A stretch of 48,151 bases of DNA from a virus. Its lineage: Duplodnaviria > Caudoviricetes. The stretch covers positions 1-48,151 of IMG/VR virus record IMGVR_UViG_3300025018_000020; one strand, written 5' to 3'. A program made the translations under genes and the position numbers. Shown piece by piece: positions 28,291 to 39,703 of the stretch; position 1 is the first letter of the stretch; the number at the start of each line of letters is the position of its first letter. The notes under the pieces were generated by a model. The model saw only the letters and a program-made list of their open reading frames with translations, did no database searches and had not been told where the DNA came from.

Positions 28291-29838
28291 ATGACAAAAA
28301 TCTTATATTTATCAGTAAAAGAGTCAGTTCCACCAACGGGATACTGGGATCACGAGTTTATTAAAGATATTTTTGCCGACATCCCCAAAACAGATAGACA
28401 GGTTGTAGTTATTCCAGGTGCTTATCAATGGGATGTGATTGATAAAATCAATGTTGAGTTAAATAAGTTTAAGAAAATACTTGTTATTATAACTTCCGAT
28501 GAAGAAGGTAAGTTCGACACCAGAAAACTTAAACATGATGACATGATTATATATTCACAGTACGGTAATGGTGGTCACATGTTCCCACTTGGATATAGCC
28601 CAAGGACTCGTGAGACCCTAAGGGAGTTTGGACTCGTACCAAAAACATTAGATTGGTTCTTTGCTGGTCAGATTACTCATCCTCGCAGAGAGATGTGCGC
28701 ACAACAATTAAGAAACCTATCCAAAGGAACACTGGTAGAAACAGATGGTTTTGCAAAGGGAATGAATAAAAAAGAGTACCTTTATAACATGAGCATTGCA
28801 AAAACTGCTCCATGTCCTCCAGGAGCCGTATCAGTAGAGTCATTTAGATTATATGAAGCCCTAGAGGCAGGAGCGTGTCCCATTGCTGATGACATGGGGG
28901 CTCTCAAGTCTTACAGAGAAAAATACTGGCAACAACTGTTTGGTGATGTGAACTTCCCCACCTTTGTTGATTATAAAGATTTACCAATGTTGATAGAGAA
29001 ATCAGTAGAATATCCGAACATGAATAATCAAGTTATGGCTTGGTGGATAAACAAGAAACACCAGTTCAAAGAACGACTTAAAAGACAACTTGGTGTACCT
29101 AAAGATGAAGTGATGGTAGTCGTCCCTGTCTCACCTATTCCATCCCATCCTGATACAGCCATGATTGAAGAGACTATTGCCTCCATCAGAGTCCATATGC
29201 CAGATGCTCCAATTATCATAACTCTTGATGGAGTTAGGCCAGAGCAAGAAGACAGGAGGGCTGACTATGAAGAGTTCCAAAAAAGACTGCTCTGGAAGAT
29301 TAACTTTGAACATAAAAATATCTTGCCAGTTATTTTCCCACACCACATGCACCAAAGTGGAATGATGAAAGTGGTTTTGAAACAAACTGATATTCCTATG
29401 ATCCTCTATGTTGAACACGACACACCTCTTACGCCCGATAGACCAATAGATTGGGATAAGTGCAAGGATTACATACGCTCAGGCAAATCAAATGTGATTA
29501 GATTTCACTTTGAAGCCCATATCCCAGAAGAACACAAATACTTAATGTTTGGAGAACCAGAAGACGGTTTCCAGAAAACTGCTCAATGGAGTCAGCGTCC
29601 TCACCTCGCATCAACAGAGATGTATAAAATTATTATGGAACTATTTTCAGATGAATCTAATTGTTTCATTGAAGACTACGCCTATGGCAAGTTTGAAACT
29701 CTTTGTAGAGAGCAGGGGCTTAGAGGTTGGGAGAAGTGGAGGGTTCATATCTATCATCCAGATGGAGATATAAAAAGGAGCCACAATCTTGATGGTCGCA
29801 AAGATGACTATAAGTTTGTGGATGAACAAGTATGGTAG
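28291..29838 (+). CDS. Two-domain glycosyltransferase (exostosin/GT47-like plus GT-A)
   Basis: WFFAGQ, PCPPG, SFRLYEALEAGACPI; second domain ITLDG, YVEHD. Confidence 0.75.
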   Translation: MTKILYLSVKESVPPTGYWDHEFIKDIFADIPKTDRQVVVIPGAYQWDVIDKINVELNKFKKILVIITSDEEGKFDTRKLKHDDMIIYSQYGNGGHMFPLGYSPRTRETLREFGLVPKTLDWFFAGQITHPRREMCAQQLRNLSKGTLVETDGFAKGMNKKEYLYNMSIAKTAPCPPGAVSVESFRLYEALEAGACPIADDMGALKSYREKYWQQLFGDVNFPTFVDYKDLPMLIEKSVEYPNMNNQVMAWWINKKHQFKERLKRQLGVPKDEVMVVVPVSPIPSHPDTAMIEETIASIRVHMPDAPIIITLDGVRPEQEDRRADYEEFQKRLLWKINFEHKNILPVIFPHHMHQSGMMKVVLKQTDIPMILYVEHDTPLTPDRPIDWDKCKDYIRSGKSNVIRFHFEAHIPEEHKYLMFGEPEDGFQKTAQWSQRPHLASTEMYKIIMELFSDESNCFIEDYAYGKFETLCREQGLRGWEKWRVHIYHPDGDIKRSHNLDGRKDDYKFVDEQVW

Positions 29839-30845
29839 GACTAATTGCCTTCGCCAACGATGGGGGCATAGGTATTCAAACAAAGAGACTCTATGACATG
29901 CTCAAGCCTGAGAAGGTCATGGTAGTAGACTCTACTGGTTTTTCAAAAAACAAACAACTTCATTTAGACTGGTATCCAAAAGATTCAATGATTACTAATG
30001 GGTTCCCTAGAAACTGTGAGATTAACGAGTGGTTAGATGGATTAAAAACTGTCTTAGTTGTAGAAAATCCATACAACTTCTATCTCATCCATGCTTGTAG
30101 AGAGAGGGGGATTAAAACTATCGTTCAGACTAACTATGAGTTCTGCGAGAATATATTTGCTCCTCACCTACCTGTGCCTGATTTGTTTTTAATGCCTAGC
30201 TATTGGTATCTTGAAGAGATGCAAGATATGTTTCCTAGTAGGGTTATTTATCTTCCACCACCAATAAAACAGAGTAGTTTTAATTATGTTGGGGACTCAC
30301 AGTTCAATACTCCCCACTTCCTACATATTGTTGGGACTTTAGCGGCTGGAGACAGAAACGGAACACTAGACTTACTAAAGGCTATAAAGAGAAGTAAGGG
30401 TAAATATAAAATTACTATCCACTCTCAACACAAACTTCCTCCAGAGTACATCATAAAGGATAAAAGAGTAACATATCGTATCAAGAACTTTAAGAATACC
30501 TCAGATATTTATAAGGGCTTCCAGGCCTTAATCTTACCTCGTAGGTATGGAGGATTATCTCTGACTACTAACGAGGCTTTGATGTCTGGCCTACCAGTGA
30601 TGATGCCAGATATATCTCCTAACAATAGATTGCTACCGAAAGATTGGTTAGTACCTGCTAAAAAGATTGGAGAGATTCAAGTTCGTGCAACGATTACACG
30701 ATACGGCTGTGTGATTAAACATTTAGCAAACAAATTAGATGATTGGGCTAAATTAGTCCCTAATTCATTTAGAGCAAGAAAATTAGGCATAGATAACTTT
30801 TCAGCAAGAAAACTCGAGCCGAGGTATCGGACATTATTGCAATAA
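29832..30845 (+). CDS. Glycosyltransferase (GT4-like)
   Basis: LILPRRYGGLSLTTNEALMSGLPVM. Confidence 0.8.
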   Translation: MVGLIAFANDGGIGIQTKRLYDMLKPEKVMVVDSTGFSKNKQLHLDWYPKDSMITNGFPRNCEINEWLDGLKTVLVVENPYNFYLIHACRERGIKTIVQTNYEFCENIFAPHLPVPDLFLMPSYWYLEEMQDMFPSRVIYLPPPIKQSSFNYVGDSQFNTPHFLHIVGTLAAGDRNGTLDLLKAIKRSKGKYKITIHSQHKLPPEYIIKDKRVTYRIKNFKNTSDIYKGFQALILPRRYGGLSLTTNEALMSGLPVMMPDISPNNRLLPKDWLVPAKKIGEIQVRATITRYGCVIKHLANKLDDWAKLVPNSFRARKLGIDNFSARKLEPRYRTLLQ

Positions 30846-30866
30846 TTACACGCCGTGTGTTATTGT
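30837..30866 (+). promoter_or_regulatory. sigma70-type extended -10 promoter, leaderless
   Basis: TTGCAA-N18-TATTGT with TGn extension; 6 nt before ATG 30873. Confidence 0.55.
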
Positions 30867-30872
30867 AAAGAC

Positions 30873-32417
30873 ATGGACTTGTCACAAATAACTCCCAAAG
30901 AACAAAAGAAATTAGAAAAAACATTTTTAGAAATGAAGGAGAAGGCGGCAGAAGACCCAGTGTACTTCTTTGATACCTTTTTATATACTTTCGACCCAAA
31001 AAGAGAGCCATTTCATCATAGATTCAAACCATTTCCATTTCAGAAGCGAATGATTAGAGATTTAGTTAACTCCATTAACAACGGAGAAGATGTTTTTATT
31101 GAGAAGTGTCGTGAAATGGGTGCTACCTATACTACCCTCGGAGTCTTAATTTGGATGTGGCTATATCTCCCAGCGTCTAACTTTTTAATTGGTTCTCGTA
31201 AAGAAGACTATGTCGATAATAGAAGGGGTGGAGTTGTTGGAAATAAAGAGGAATCTCTATTTGGTAAGATTGATTATATGATTTCTAGGCTTCCAGCGTT
31301 TATGTTGCCTAAGGGATTTAAGAGAGACAAGAACTTTACCTACATGTCTTTGGTTAATCCAGAGAATGGAAACGCTATCTCAGGCGAATCTTCTAACCAG
31401 AACTTTAGTCGTGGTGGTCGTCAGAGAGCTATTCTCATGGATGAGTTCGCTTTCTGGGATAACGATACTTCTGCCTGGGGTTCTACTGCTGACACAACTA
31501 ACTGCCGTATTGTTTTAACTACTCCAGGTATTAAGCCAGGTAAAGCCAAAAGACTTAGGTTTGGTAAAGACGGAGAGAAAATTAACCTCATTACTCTCCC
31601 TTACACATTAGACCCTAGAAAAACCAAGGCATGGCTTCAAGAACAAAGGGAAAGGCGTTCAACCGAAGACTTTAACCGAGAAATTATGGTTAACTGGGAT
31701 CTATCTATTACTGGCCGTGTCTATCCAGAGATTGAAAACGCAGCCTACGGAGACTTCCCATTTATGCCTGGAGAAGTATTGTACTGTTCTGGAGACTATG
31801 GTCTTGATGGAACAGTGTTTTTGTTTTGGCAGATTAACCCACATAATGGTAAGGCCAGATTGATTGATGGCTACCAAAACGAAGGACAGATTATTCAATA
31901 CTACTTCCCACTATTCGGAAGACCACTAGATACCAGATTCACTTACTCAGACGACGACATTAAGGCTATGACTCAGATTAGCCAACTTCCACCAGCTATT
32001 CACTTTGGTGACGCTGATATAAGAAAAAGATCATTTGTTAAGTCCACGACTACTATGGAGGAACTTCAAAAGATTGGAGTCTTTGTTCAATCAACAACTC
32101 AAAATGATTTCTTAACCCGCAGAGATGTTACTAAGTCTTACCTATCAAGAGGTATAGAAGTAAACGCAAACCCTCGTACTGATTACATCTTAGAGTGCTG
32201 GAAGATGTATAGATACCCAGAGAGAAGAGAAGACTCTCAATCCACGACACCAGTCGTAAAACCAATTCATGATTTTACCTCCCATCCCTCAACAGCTATG
32301 GAATACTTTTTCCTTAACTTAGAGGCGTTTACCCAGGTTCAACAAGATGCTCCCGACTGGGCAGACAAGGGTGGTAGAAATCTAACAAGTAGGGGTAGCA
32401 TCGCAAAAAGGAGATAG
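30873..32417 (+). CDS. terL: Terminase large subunit
   Basis: EKCREMGAT Walker A, RGGR, ILMDEFAF Walker B, LTTP, GDYG and PIHDFTSH nuclease motifs; likely ATG at 30873. Confidence 0.9.
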   Translation: MDLSQITPKEQKKLEKTFLEMKEKAAEDPVYFFDTFLYTFDPKREPFHHRFKPFPFQKRMIRDLVNSINNGEDVFIEKCREMGATYTTLGVLIWMWLYLPASNFLIGSRKEDYVDNRRGGVVGNKEESLFGKIDYMISRLPAFMLPKGFKRDKNFTYMSLVNPENGNAISGESSNQNFSRGGRQRAILMDEFAFWDNDTSAWGSTADTTNCRIVLTTPGIKPGKAKRLRFGKDGEKINLITLPYTLDPRKTKAWLQEQRERRSTEDFNREIMVNWDLSITGRVYPEIENAAYGDFPFMPGEVLYCSGDYGLDGTVFLFWQINPHNGKARLIDGYQNEGQIIQYYFPLFGRPLDTRFTYSDDDIKAMTQISQLPPAIHFGDADIRKRSFVKSTTTMEELQKIGVFVQSTTQNDFLTRRDVTKSYLSRGIEVNANPRTDYILECWKMYRYPERREDSQSTTPVVKPIHDFTSHPSTAMEYFFLNLEAFTQVQQDAPDWADKGGRNLTSRGSIAKRR

Positions 32418-32418
32418 T

Positions 32419-32601
32419 ATGTTAGACCCAAGAACGAGAGATGCCATAAGGCAGATTCCAGATTCTATTGACGAGCTCACCACTAGAATGGACGAAATGG
32501 AAAAGTTGTTAATCGACATCCATAAGTTCACCCGTTCTACCAACGAATCAGTTGTTAGAAAATATGGAGACGGTAAAAAGAACACGGTACCTAAAAAATG
32601 A
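32419..32601 (+). CDS. Small hypothetical protein
   Basis: AGGAG ribosome-binding site; coupled to neighbours. Confidence 0.55.
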   Translation: MLDPRTRDAIRQIPDSIDELTTRMDEMEKLLIDIHKFTRSTNESVVRKYGDGKKNTVPKK

Positions 32602-33305
32602 GAGCAGACTTATCTATAATAGTAACTAGCTATGATAAACCCCCAGAACAAATTGTTGAGTGCATGGATTCAATCAAGGCTCAGACGGTGTCACCGAAAG
32701 AGATTATATTGGTTGATGATTGTTCACCAGACCCAAGAGCTCATGCTATGGCTACTTCTATTATGTTGCCTAGCAATGTTGGTGTAGCAAGGGCAAGAGA
32801 CATAGGTGTAAAGATGTCGTCAGGAAGACTATTACTTTTTCTTGATGCCGATGATAAGTTGGCTCCAGACTTCATTGAGCAATGTGGACGAATAATTAGT
32901 AATGTTGATATTGCTTATCCTAATGTTCTCAAGTTCGGCTACATAGAGAGGCCTAAGTTAGTTGATTCACCAAAAGAAATAACAGCTCAATACATCACAG
33001 GAAAAACTTGTGGCTTAGTCGTCACATCTATGATGCACAGACATGTGTATGAGAAACTGGGTGGATTCAGAGAGTTGCCAGTTTATGAAGACTGGGACTT
33101 CTGGGTAAGAGCTGTGTTTAATGGTTACACCTTTGGTAGGGCAAATACCCTACTTCATTACAGACAAAACTTAAAGTCTCGTAACCATTTGTCATTAGAA
33201 GAAAAAACAAACACGCACCGTAAAATTACTGCCCCTTATAAAGTTGTTAACGGGAAGTTGGTGGAGAAAGATAAACATGGGAAACAAAAGACTGAAAATA
33301 CATAG
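32598..33305 (+). CDS. Glycosyltransferase family 2
   Basis: IILVDDCS, GVARARDIG, FLDADD, YEDWDFW. Confidence 0.9.
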   Translation: MRADLSIIVTSYDKPPEQIVECMDSIKAQTVSPKEIILVDDCSPDPRAHAMATSIMLPSNVGVARARDIGVKMSSGRLLLFLDADDKLAPDFIEQCGRIISNVDIAYPNVLKFGYIERPKLVDSPKEITAQYITGKTCGLVVTSMMHRHVYEKLGGFRELPVYEDWDFWVRAVFNGYTFGRANTLLHYRQNLKSRNHLSLEEKTNTHRKITAPYKVVNGKLVEKDKHGKQKTENT

Positions 33306-33675
33306 AGGTCTTAATGGCATGATACCTCGTTCAATGAACTTCTCTGAACTTGAACAACAAGTTGAGGATGGTGAATTGGAATATGAACCAAGCGATAATG
33401 GCCTGGAGAGCAAGAGGTTGGAAAACAATCTTCAATATGAAGAGATGGTTGTTCAAATCATGTGTAATCTCGAAGAGCGTGAGAGACTTGTTTTTATTTT
33501 TCAACTACTCCGTGATGGTGGTTATCAAATAGACCACGGATCTTTTGCCAAAGTATTAAAATTAAGTCGAAGACAGTATATGAGAGTCTTAGATGATGTT
33601 AGGGTTAAGTCAGCATTGTTCGTGGCGGGTTATTCTAACAAGTATCAAACTAAAGTGAGTCACAAAGAGAAGTAA
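33277..33675 (+). CDS. Sigma region 3.2/4-like transcription factor (putative late activator)
   Basis: NLEERERLVF...SFAKVLKLSRRQYMRVLDDVRVK resembles the sigma4 HTH; no region 2 visible; likely ATG at 33277. Confidence 0.6.
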   Translation: MGNKRLKIHRGLNGMIPRSMNFSELEQQVEDGELEYEPSDNGLESKRLENNLQYEEMVVQIMCNLEERERLVFIFQLLRDGGYQIDHGSFAKVLKLSRRQYMRVLDDVRVKSALFVAGYSNKYQTKVSHKEK

Positions 33676-33688
33676 AAAACTCTAGTAT
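33659..33688 (+). promoter_or_regulatory. Putative late promoter GTCACA-N18-TAGTAT
   Basis: GTCACA 33659-33664, TAGTAT 33683-33688, before the portal gene. Confidence 0.75.
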
Positions 33689-33697
33689 TGGAGATAT

Positions 33698-35788
33698 ATG
33701 GCAAAAGATTCAAAGAAACCAAGTAAACCAGATGTTATCAGGAGAAAGTTCCAGAAGTGTCAGGAACTTAATCAAGACGCATTTGATAGAGTAGAGATAA
33801 ATAAAAACCTCTACAAAGGCATACTAAACACCGATGATAACTATGAGTGGGACTATTCTTTGGTTGACCCACAAGTTTTCCCATTAGTTCGTAACTACCT
33901 ATCAAGGTCAAATCCAACAATGAGTGCTATCCGCCTAGACATCCGTCATGGTGCTGATATGGAGACTCGTCAAGTTAACCAAGAGTTTGTTAACTGGGAA
34001 GTTGGCGAACTTATGACCACCTCTCTTTTTTATCGTATGTTCTTCTCAGCCTATTTAGCTGGCAAGGGTTACTGTAAAACTGGGTGGAAATATGAAAAAG
34101 CCATCGAGATTAAAGAAGTAAGAGACAAAGAAACTGGCGAACTCCCAGAAGGAGTTGATGCAGAGGCAGCAGGTCAAGTAGAACAAGAAGAGACTAGAAG
34201 AAAAATCCTTAGAGATATTACTGACAGAGCTGATGCTCAGTTTGTTAGATACAACAACATCTTGGTTCCTAATAGAAATATCCCATCACTTTATGACCAA
34301 CCTTATATCATTGAACTCTTAGACAAAAATGTCGGAGAAATGATTGATGAAAATGACTCACTTGAAGAAAAGGGTGAGAAACCATATTGGAAGAAATCAT
34401 TTATTGAAGAGTTAAGAAAAACTGGTGTCACTGCTAAATTACTCGAATATGAACATGATAAAGCAACAGACGATGATGGCCAAGACGACTGGACTTTCAG
34501 AACAGCCTCAGTTCCCATGATGTGTTTACACACTAAGAATGGTGAACTTTATTATCTGCCTATTGAAAGAGTTTCAAGTAAAGAGACCGAAGGAGGAAAA
34601 GATGAAATCGTCAACACAGACACAATGTCTCCTTACTGGCACGGACACTACCCATTTATTGAGTTCTCTCCTTTCCCAGAAGATGATGAGTACCACAATG
34701 TTGCTTTAGTCGATATTGTTGGTGACTTACAAATTGCAGCAACAGAAATCCTTAATCAGACAATGACCAACATTAGACAGGTCAATACTGATATGTGGAT
34801 TGCTGGCTCAGCTGCTTCTCAGACTCCTGATTGGCAATTTAGAAAAAGACCAGATGGAATCATCCGTGTTATGGGCGATGCCTCACAGGTTCAACAGATT
34901 AGAACAGCAGACAATACTAGGTCAGCAACAGCATTTGCTGAGAATCTTGGTAACAAGATTGAAAAAGCAGGCGGTATTTCCTCACTCTATTCCTCAGGTG
35001 TAGGTGCAGGCCAAGTTAACCAAACTGCCAGAGGTGCTCAGATTATTGACCAAAACATTGATGGTAACATGAAGATGATTATCGACTTATTTGGAGAACA
35101 GGTCTTAAAGAAACTCGGCGAACACTTCCTAGAGCTCAACGCTCAGTATGTAACAGAGGAGCAATCCTTCTCAGTCACAGGAAAACGAGGGGTCAAAGAA
35201 CTTATCACCATTAGTCCAGAACAAGTTGGAGCCAACTTTATCGTTTCAGTTAACTCAGAGAAGATTCAAAAACAAACTCCAGCATCAAGACAGGCCTCAC
35301 TACAAAACTCAATTACTGTCCTACAAAACATTGAAACCCAATCTCAGGGAGATGTTCAGGTCAACCTCACACCTATGGTTGAGGCCTTGATTGATGCAAC
35401 TCCAGAACTAGATAGTGTTGAAAATGTGATTATGTCTATTGATGAGAAATCTGAAAAAGATATTGCCATGATACAAAGAGGACAACTGCCTGAGATTAAG
35501 ATTAGAGATAAACACGAAGACTTGATTATTGCGGCCAATGTTTACTTTGGAGAGATAGAACAACTACCACCAGAAGTGGTGGCGGTCTTAGAGCAGTATG
35601 TTGAAAAACACCTCAAGCACATTCAGGCACAACAAGAACTTAATATAATGAAACAACCACAACTACCTGGAGTTCCAGGTATGGGTGGAGGTGGCATGCC
35701 AGGAGGAGCTCCAGGTGGATTTAACCCAGCGGGGGCAGACCAACAAGGTCTTCCTTCACAGGGCTATAATCTCGGCAACATAGTCTAG
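33698..35788 (+). CDS. Portal protein (P22-like)
   Basis: 696 aa, GYCKTGW, YPFI, TARGAQI, Q/G/P-rich tail; after terL. Confidence 0.85.
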   Translation: MAKDSKKPSKPDVIRRKFQKCQELNQDAFDRVEINKNLYKGILNTDDNYEWDYSLVDPQVFPLVRNYLSRSNPTMSAIRLDIRHGADMETRQVNQEFVNWEVGELMTTSLFYRMFFSAYLAGKGYCKTGWKYEKAIEIKEVRDKETGELPEGVDAEAAGQVEQEETRRKILRDITDRADAQFVRYNNILVPNRNIPSLYDQPYIIELLDKNVGEMIDENDSLEEKGEKPYWKKSFIEELRKTGVTAKLLEYEHDKATDDDGQDDWTFRTASVPMMCLHTKNGELYYLPIERVSSKETEGGKDEIVNTDTMSPYWHGHYPFIEFSPFPEDDEYHNVALVDIVGDLQIAATEILNQTMTNIRQVNTDMWIAGSAASQTPDWQFRKRPDGIIRVMGDASQVQQIRTADNTRSATAFAENLGNKIEKAGGISSLYSSGVGAGQVNQTARGAQIIDQNIDGNMKMIIDLFGEQVLKKLGEHFLELNAQYVTEEQSFSVTGKRGVKELITISPEQVGANFIVSVNSEKIQKQTPASRQASLQNSITVLQNIETQSQGDVQVNLTPMVEALIDATPELDSVENVIMSIDEKSEKDIAMIQRGQLPEIKIRDKHEDLIIAANVYFGEIEQLPPEVVAVLEQYVEKHLKHIQAQQELNIMKQPQLPGVPGMGGGGMPGGAPGGFNPAGADQQGLPSQGYNLGNIV

Positions 35789-35795
35789 GAGCAAT

Positions 35796-36731
35796 ATGGA
35801 GTTCAAATTAGTACACAACATAGTCAAAAACATACAAGACACCATCTGGAACACGGGTGTTGAATCTGTTAAGTCTTTGCGTTCTCATACTTATGACGCT
35901 AAGGTTAAGAACTTTCCTAAGAATCAGAAGATTAACGGCATCGTTTCCGTCTCTAATCAAAATAGGTTAGAGAAGGAGCTCAAAACAAATGGAGTCACCT
36001 TAAAAACCATCTTAAAGTGGCTTAAAGGGTTTAAGTTACCTAAGTCCATTGAGGTTAGTAATTTCCCATCTCCAGAAAAACCATTGCCATTTCCAAAGAG
36101 TTTTGAGGTAAGTAATTTCCCAAAACACCCAGTCTTCCCAAAGTCTTTCGAAGTATCTAATCAACCAACTAAGGAGATTCAAGATATTCACAATGCGATC
36201 ATAGGCCTTGATGGGACTATGAAGAAGATGAAGTTAAACCCTAAGATTACTGTTACCGCCCCTCAATCTGAGAAGATTATTGTCCCTGCTCCAGATGTAA
36301 TGGTTACACAACAAGAGATTGATTATAAGAAACTAGCTGACTCGTTCCCCAAACCAGTTGCTGCAAAAGAGATTGATTACGAAAAACTAGCCGATGCTAT
36401 TGCTTCAAAGATAGTTACCGTTGGTGGGGGTGGAAGTAGTGGAGGAGGCAACTCGTTCTACGACAGAAGTGGAAGGCCAGCTAGAGCTATGGTTGATGCT
36501 GAGGGTAGGGTTGTTACTTCCCCAGATTACTTTATCGCAGATAAAGGTAAAATTGGAGATATTCTCTACACTGGTAATGAAAACTCAGAAGGTGCTTGGT
36601 ACATGATGAGATTGAATGGAGACGAGATTAGATATGCCTCCAATAACAATAATAACAACATAACTTACGAGGCCGCCTGGACTAACCGAGCATCTCTAAA
36701 TTATGATTATCCATCGAAAGTAGAGTTCTAA
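35796..36731 (+). CDS. Probable structural protein with EVSNFP and EIDYxKLAD repeats
   Basis: PKSxEVSN(F/Q)P three times and EIDY(K/E)KLAD twice. Confidence 0.55.
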   Translation: MEFKLVHNIVKNIQDTIWNTGVESVKSLRSHTYDAKVKNFPKNQKINGIVSVSNQNRLEKELKTNGVTLKTILKWLKGFKLPKSIEVSNFPSPEKPLPFPKSFEVSNFPKHPVFPKSFEVSNQPTKEIQDIHNAIIGLDGTMKKMKLNPKITVTAPQSEKIIVPAPDVMVTQQEIDYKKLADSFPKPVAAKEIDYEKLADAIASKIVTVGGGGSSGGGNSFYDRSGRPARAMVDAEGRVVTSPDYFIADKGKIGDILYTGNENSEGAWYMMRLNGDEIRYASNNNNNNITYEAAWTNRASLNYDYPSKVEF

Positions 36732-36732
36732 T

Positions 36733-38595
<1,863 letters not shown>

Positions 38596-38604
38596 AGGAG
38601 ATAT

Positions 38605-38964
38605 ATGGCAAGTTTTTTGAAAAGAGAATTATCGGGAGGAGCAGACGGAGTACCTATTAAAGTAGTTGCAACAGCAACAGCTGGAACAACAATTCATACG
38701 GCAACCTCGGAAACGGCAGATGGTTCTTATGATGAGATTTGGTTGTATGCTGTGAACTCAAGTGCTAGTGCAGTAAAACTCACAATAGAGTTTGGTGGAG
38801 CAACTGCTCCTGACTACAACATAGAGTCGACCATAGCCGCTGAGTCAGGTTTGGTTTTAATCATTCCTGGGTTAATCTTACAAAACTCTAAAACTGTTAA
38901 GGCTTTTGCTGGAACAGCCGATGTGATTTGTATTAGTGGATTTGTTAATAGAATAACTGACTAA
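38605..38964 (+). CDS. Small beta-sandwich virion/fibre adaptor protein
   Basis: DEIWLYAVN...SGFVNRI; between the fibre and tip genes. Confidence 0.55.
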   Translation: MASFLKRELSGGADGVPIKVVATATAGTTIHTATSETADGSYDEIWLYAVNSSASAVKLTIEFGGATAPDYNIESTIAAESGLVLIIPGLILQNSKTVKAFAGTADVICISGFVNRITD

Positions 38965-38968
38965 TAAA

Positions 38969-39703
38969 ATGGCCACAATAAATTATTTGAGAAGACCACG
39001 AAGAACAAGAACCCCTGGAAACCTAACGGGACAAGCCGATGTTCCCGCTCCTGTTCCTGCCTGGGTGCCAACAGATATAGCTGGATGTAAACTTTGGTTA
39101 GATGTTTCTCAAATAACTGGTCTTTCAAATGGTGATGATATTTCTTCTATGACAGACTTGTCTGGGAACAGCAATAATCTAGCTCAAAGAACAGTCTCTC
39201 AAAACCCACATTACACAACTAACGCAATAAATAGTTTGCCCGTGATGAGGGGAACCGCTGCTGCATCTTCAACCTGGGATGTCCCGTGGACATATTCTTC
39301 ACCATGTACTTTCTTCTATGTAGGTAGAAAAAATAGTGGAACCGCTGGTCGTATATTATCTGGTAAAAACAATAACTGGCTTATGGGTCACTGGTCATCT
39401 TATGAAAATCAGTATTATGCAGTTGGTTGGGTTGGAGCTAACTCTGATGTTGCTCACACAACAAATGTTCATGTCTGGTCTGCTATAACAAGCACAACAT
39501 CTTATTTGTGGAAGAATGGAACTTTGGTAAAGTCTGGTACTGGTGGAACAACAGCCCCATCTGGACTAACAATCGGATATAACGGAACAAGTGAGTTCAC
39601 AGACCATGATGTTGGTGAAATCATTGGTTACAATGTTGCTTTATCAACAACAGATAGACAAACTGTTGAAAACTATCTAAAAGATAAGTGGGGAGTAGCA
39701 TAA
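38969..39703 (+). CDS. LamG/ConA-like lectin-domain virion protein
   Basis: CKLWLD, DLSGNSN, VGEIIGYNVALSTTDRQTVENYLKDKWG. Confidence 0.7.
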   Translation: MATINYLRRPRRTRTPGNLTGQADVPAPVPAWVPTDIAGCKLWLDVSQITGLSNGDDISSMTDLSGNSNNLAQRTVSQNPHYTTNAINSLPVMRGTAAASSTWDVPWTYSSPCTFFYVGRKNSGTAGRILSGKNNNWLMGHWSSYENQYYAVGWVGANSDVAHTTNVHVWSAITSTTSYLWKNGTLVKSGTGGTTAPSGLTIGYNGTSEFTDHDVGEIIGYNVALSTTDRQTVENYLKDKWGVA

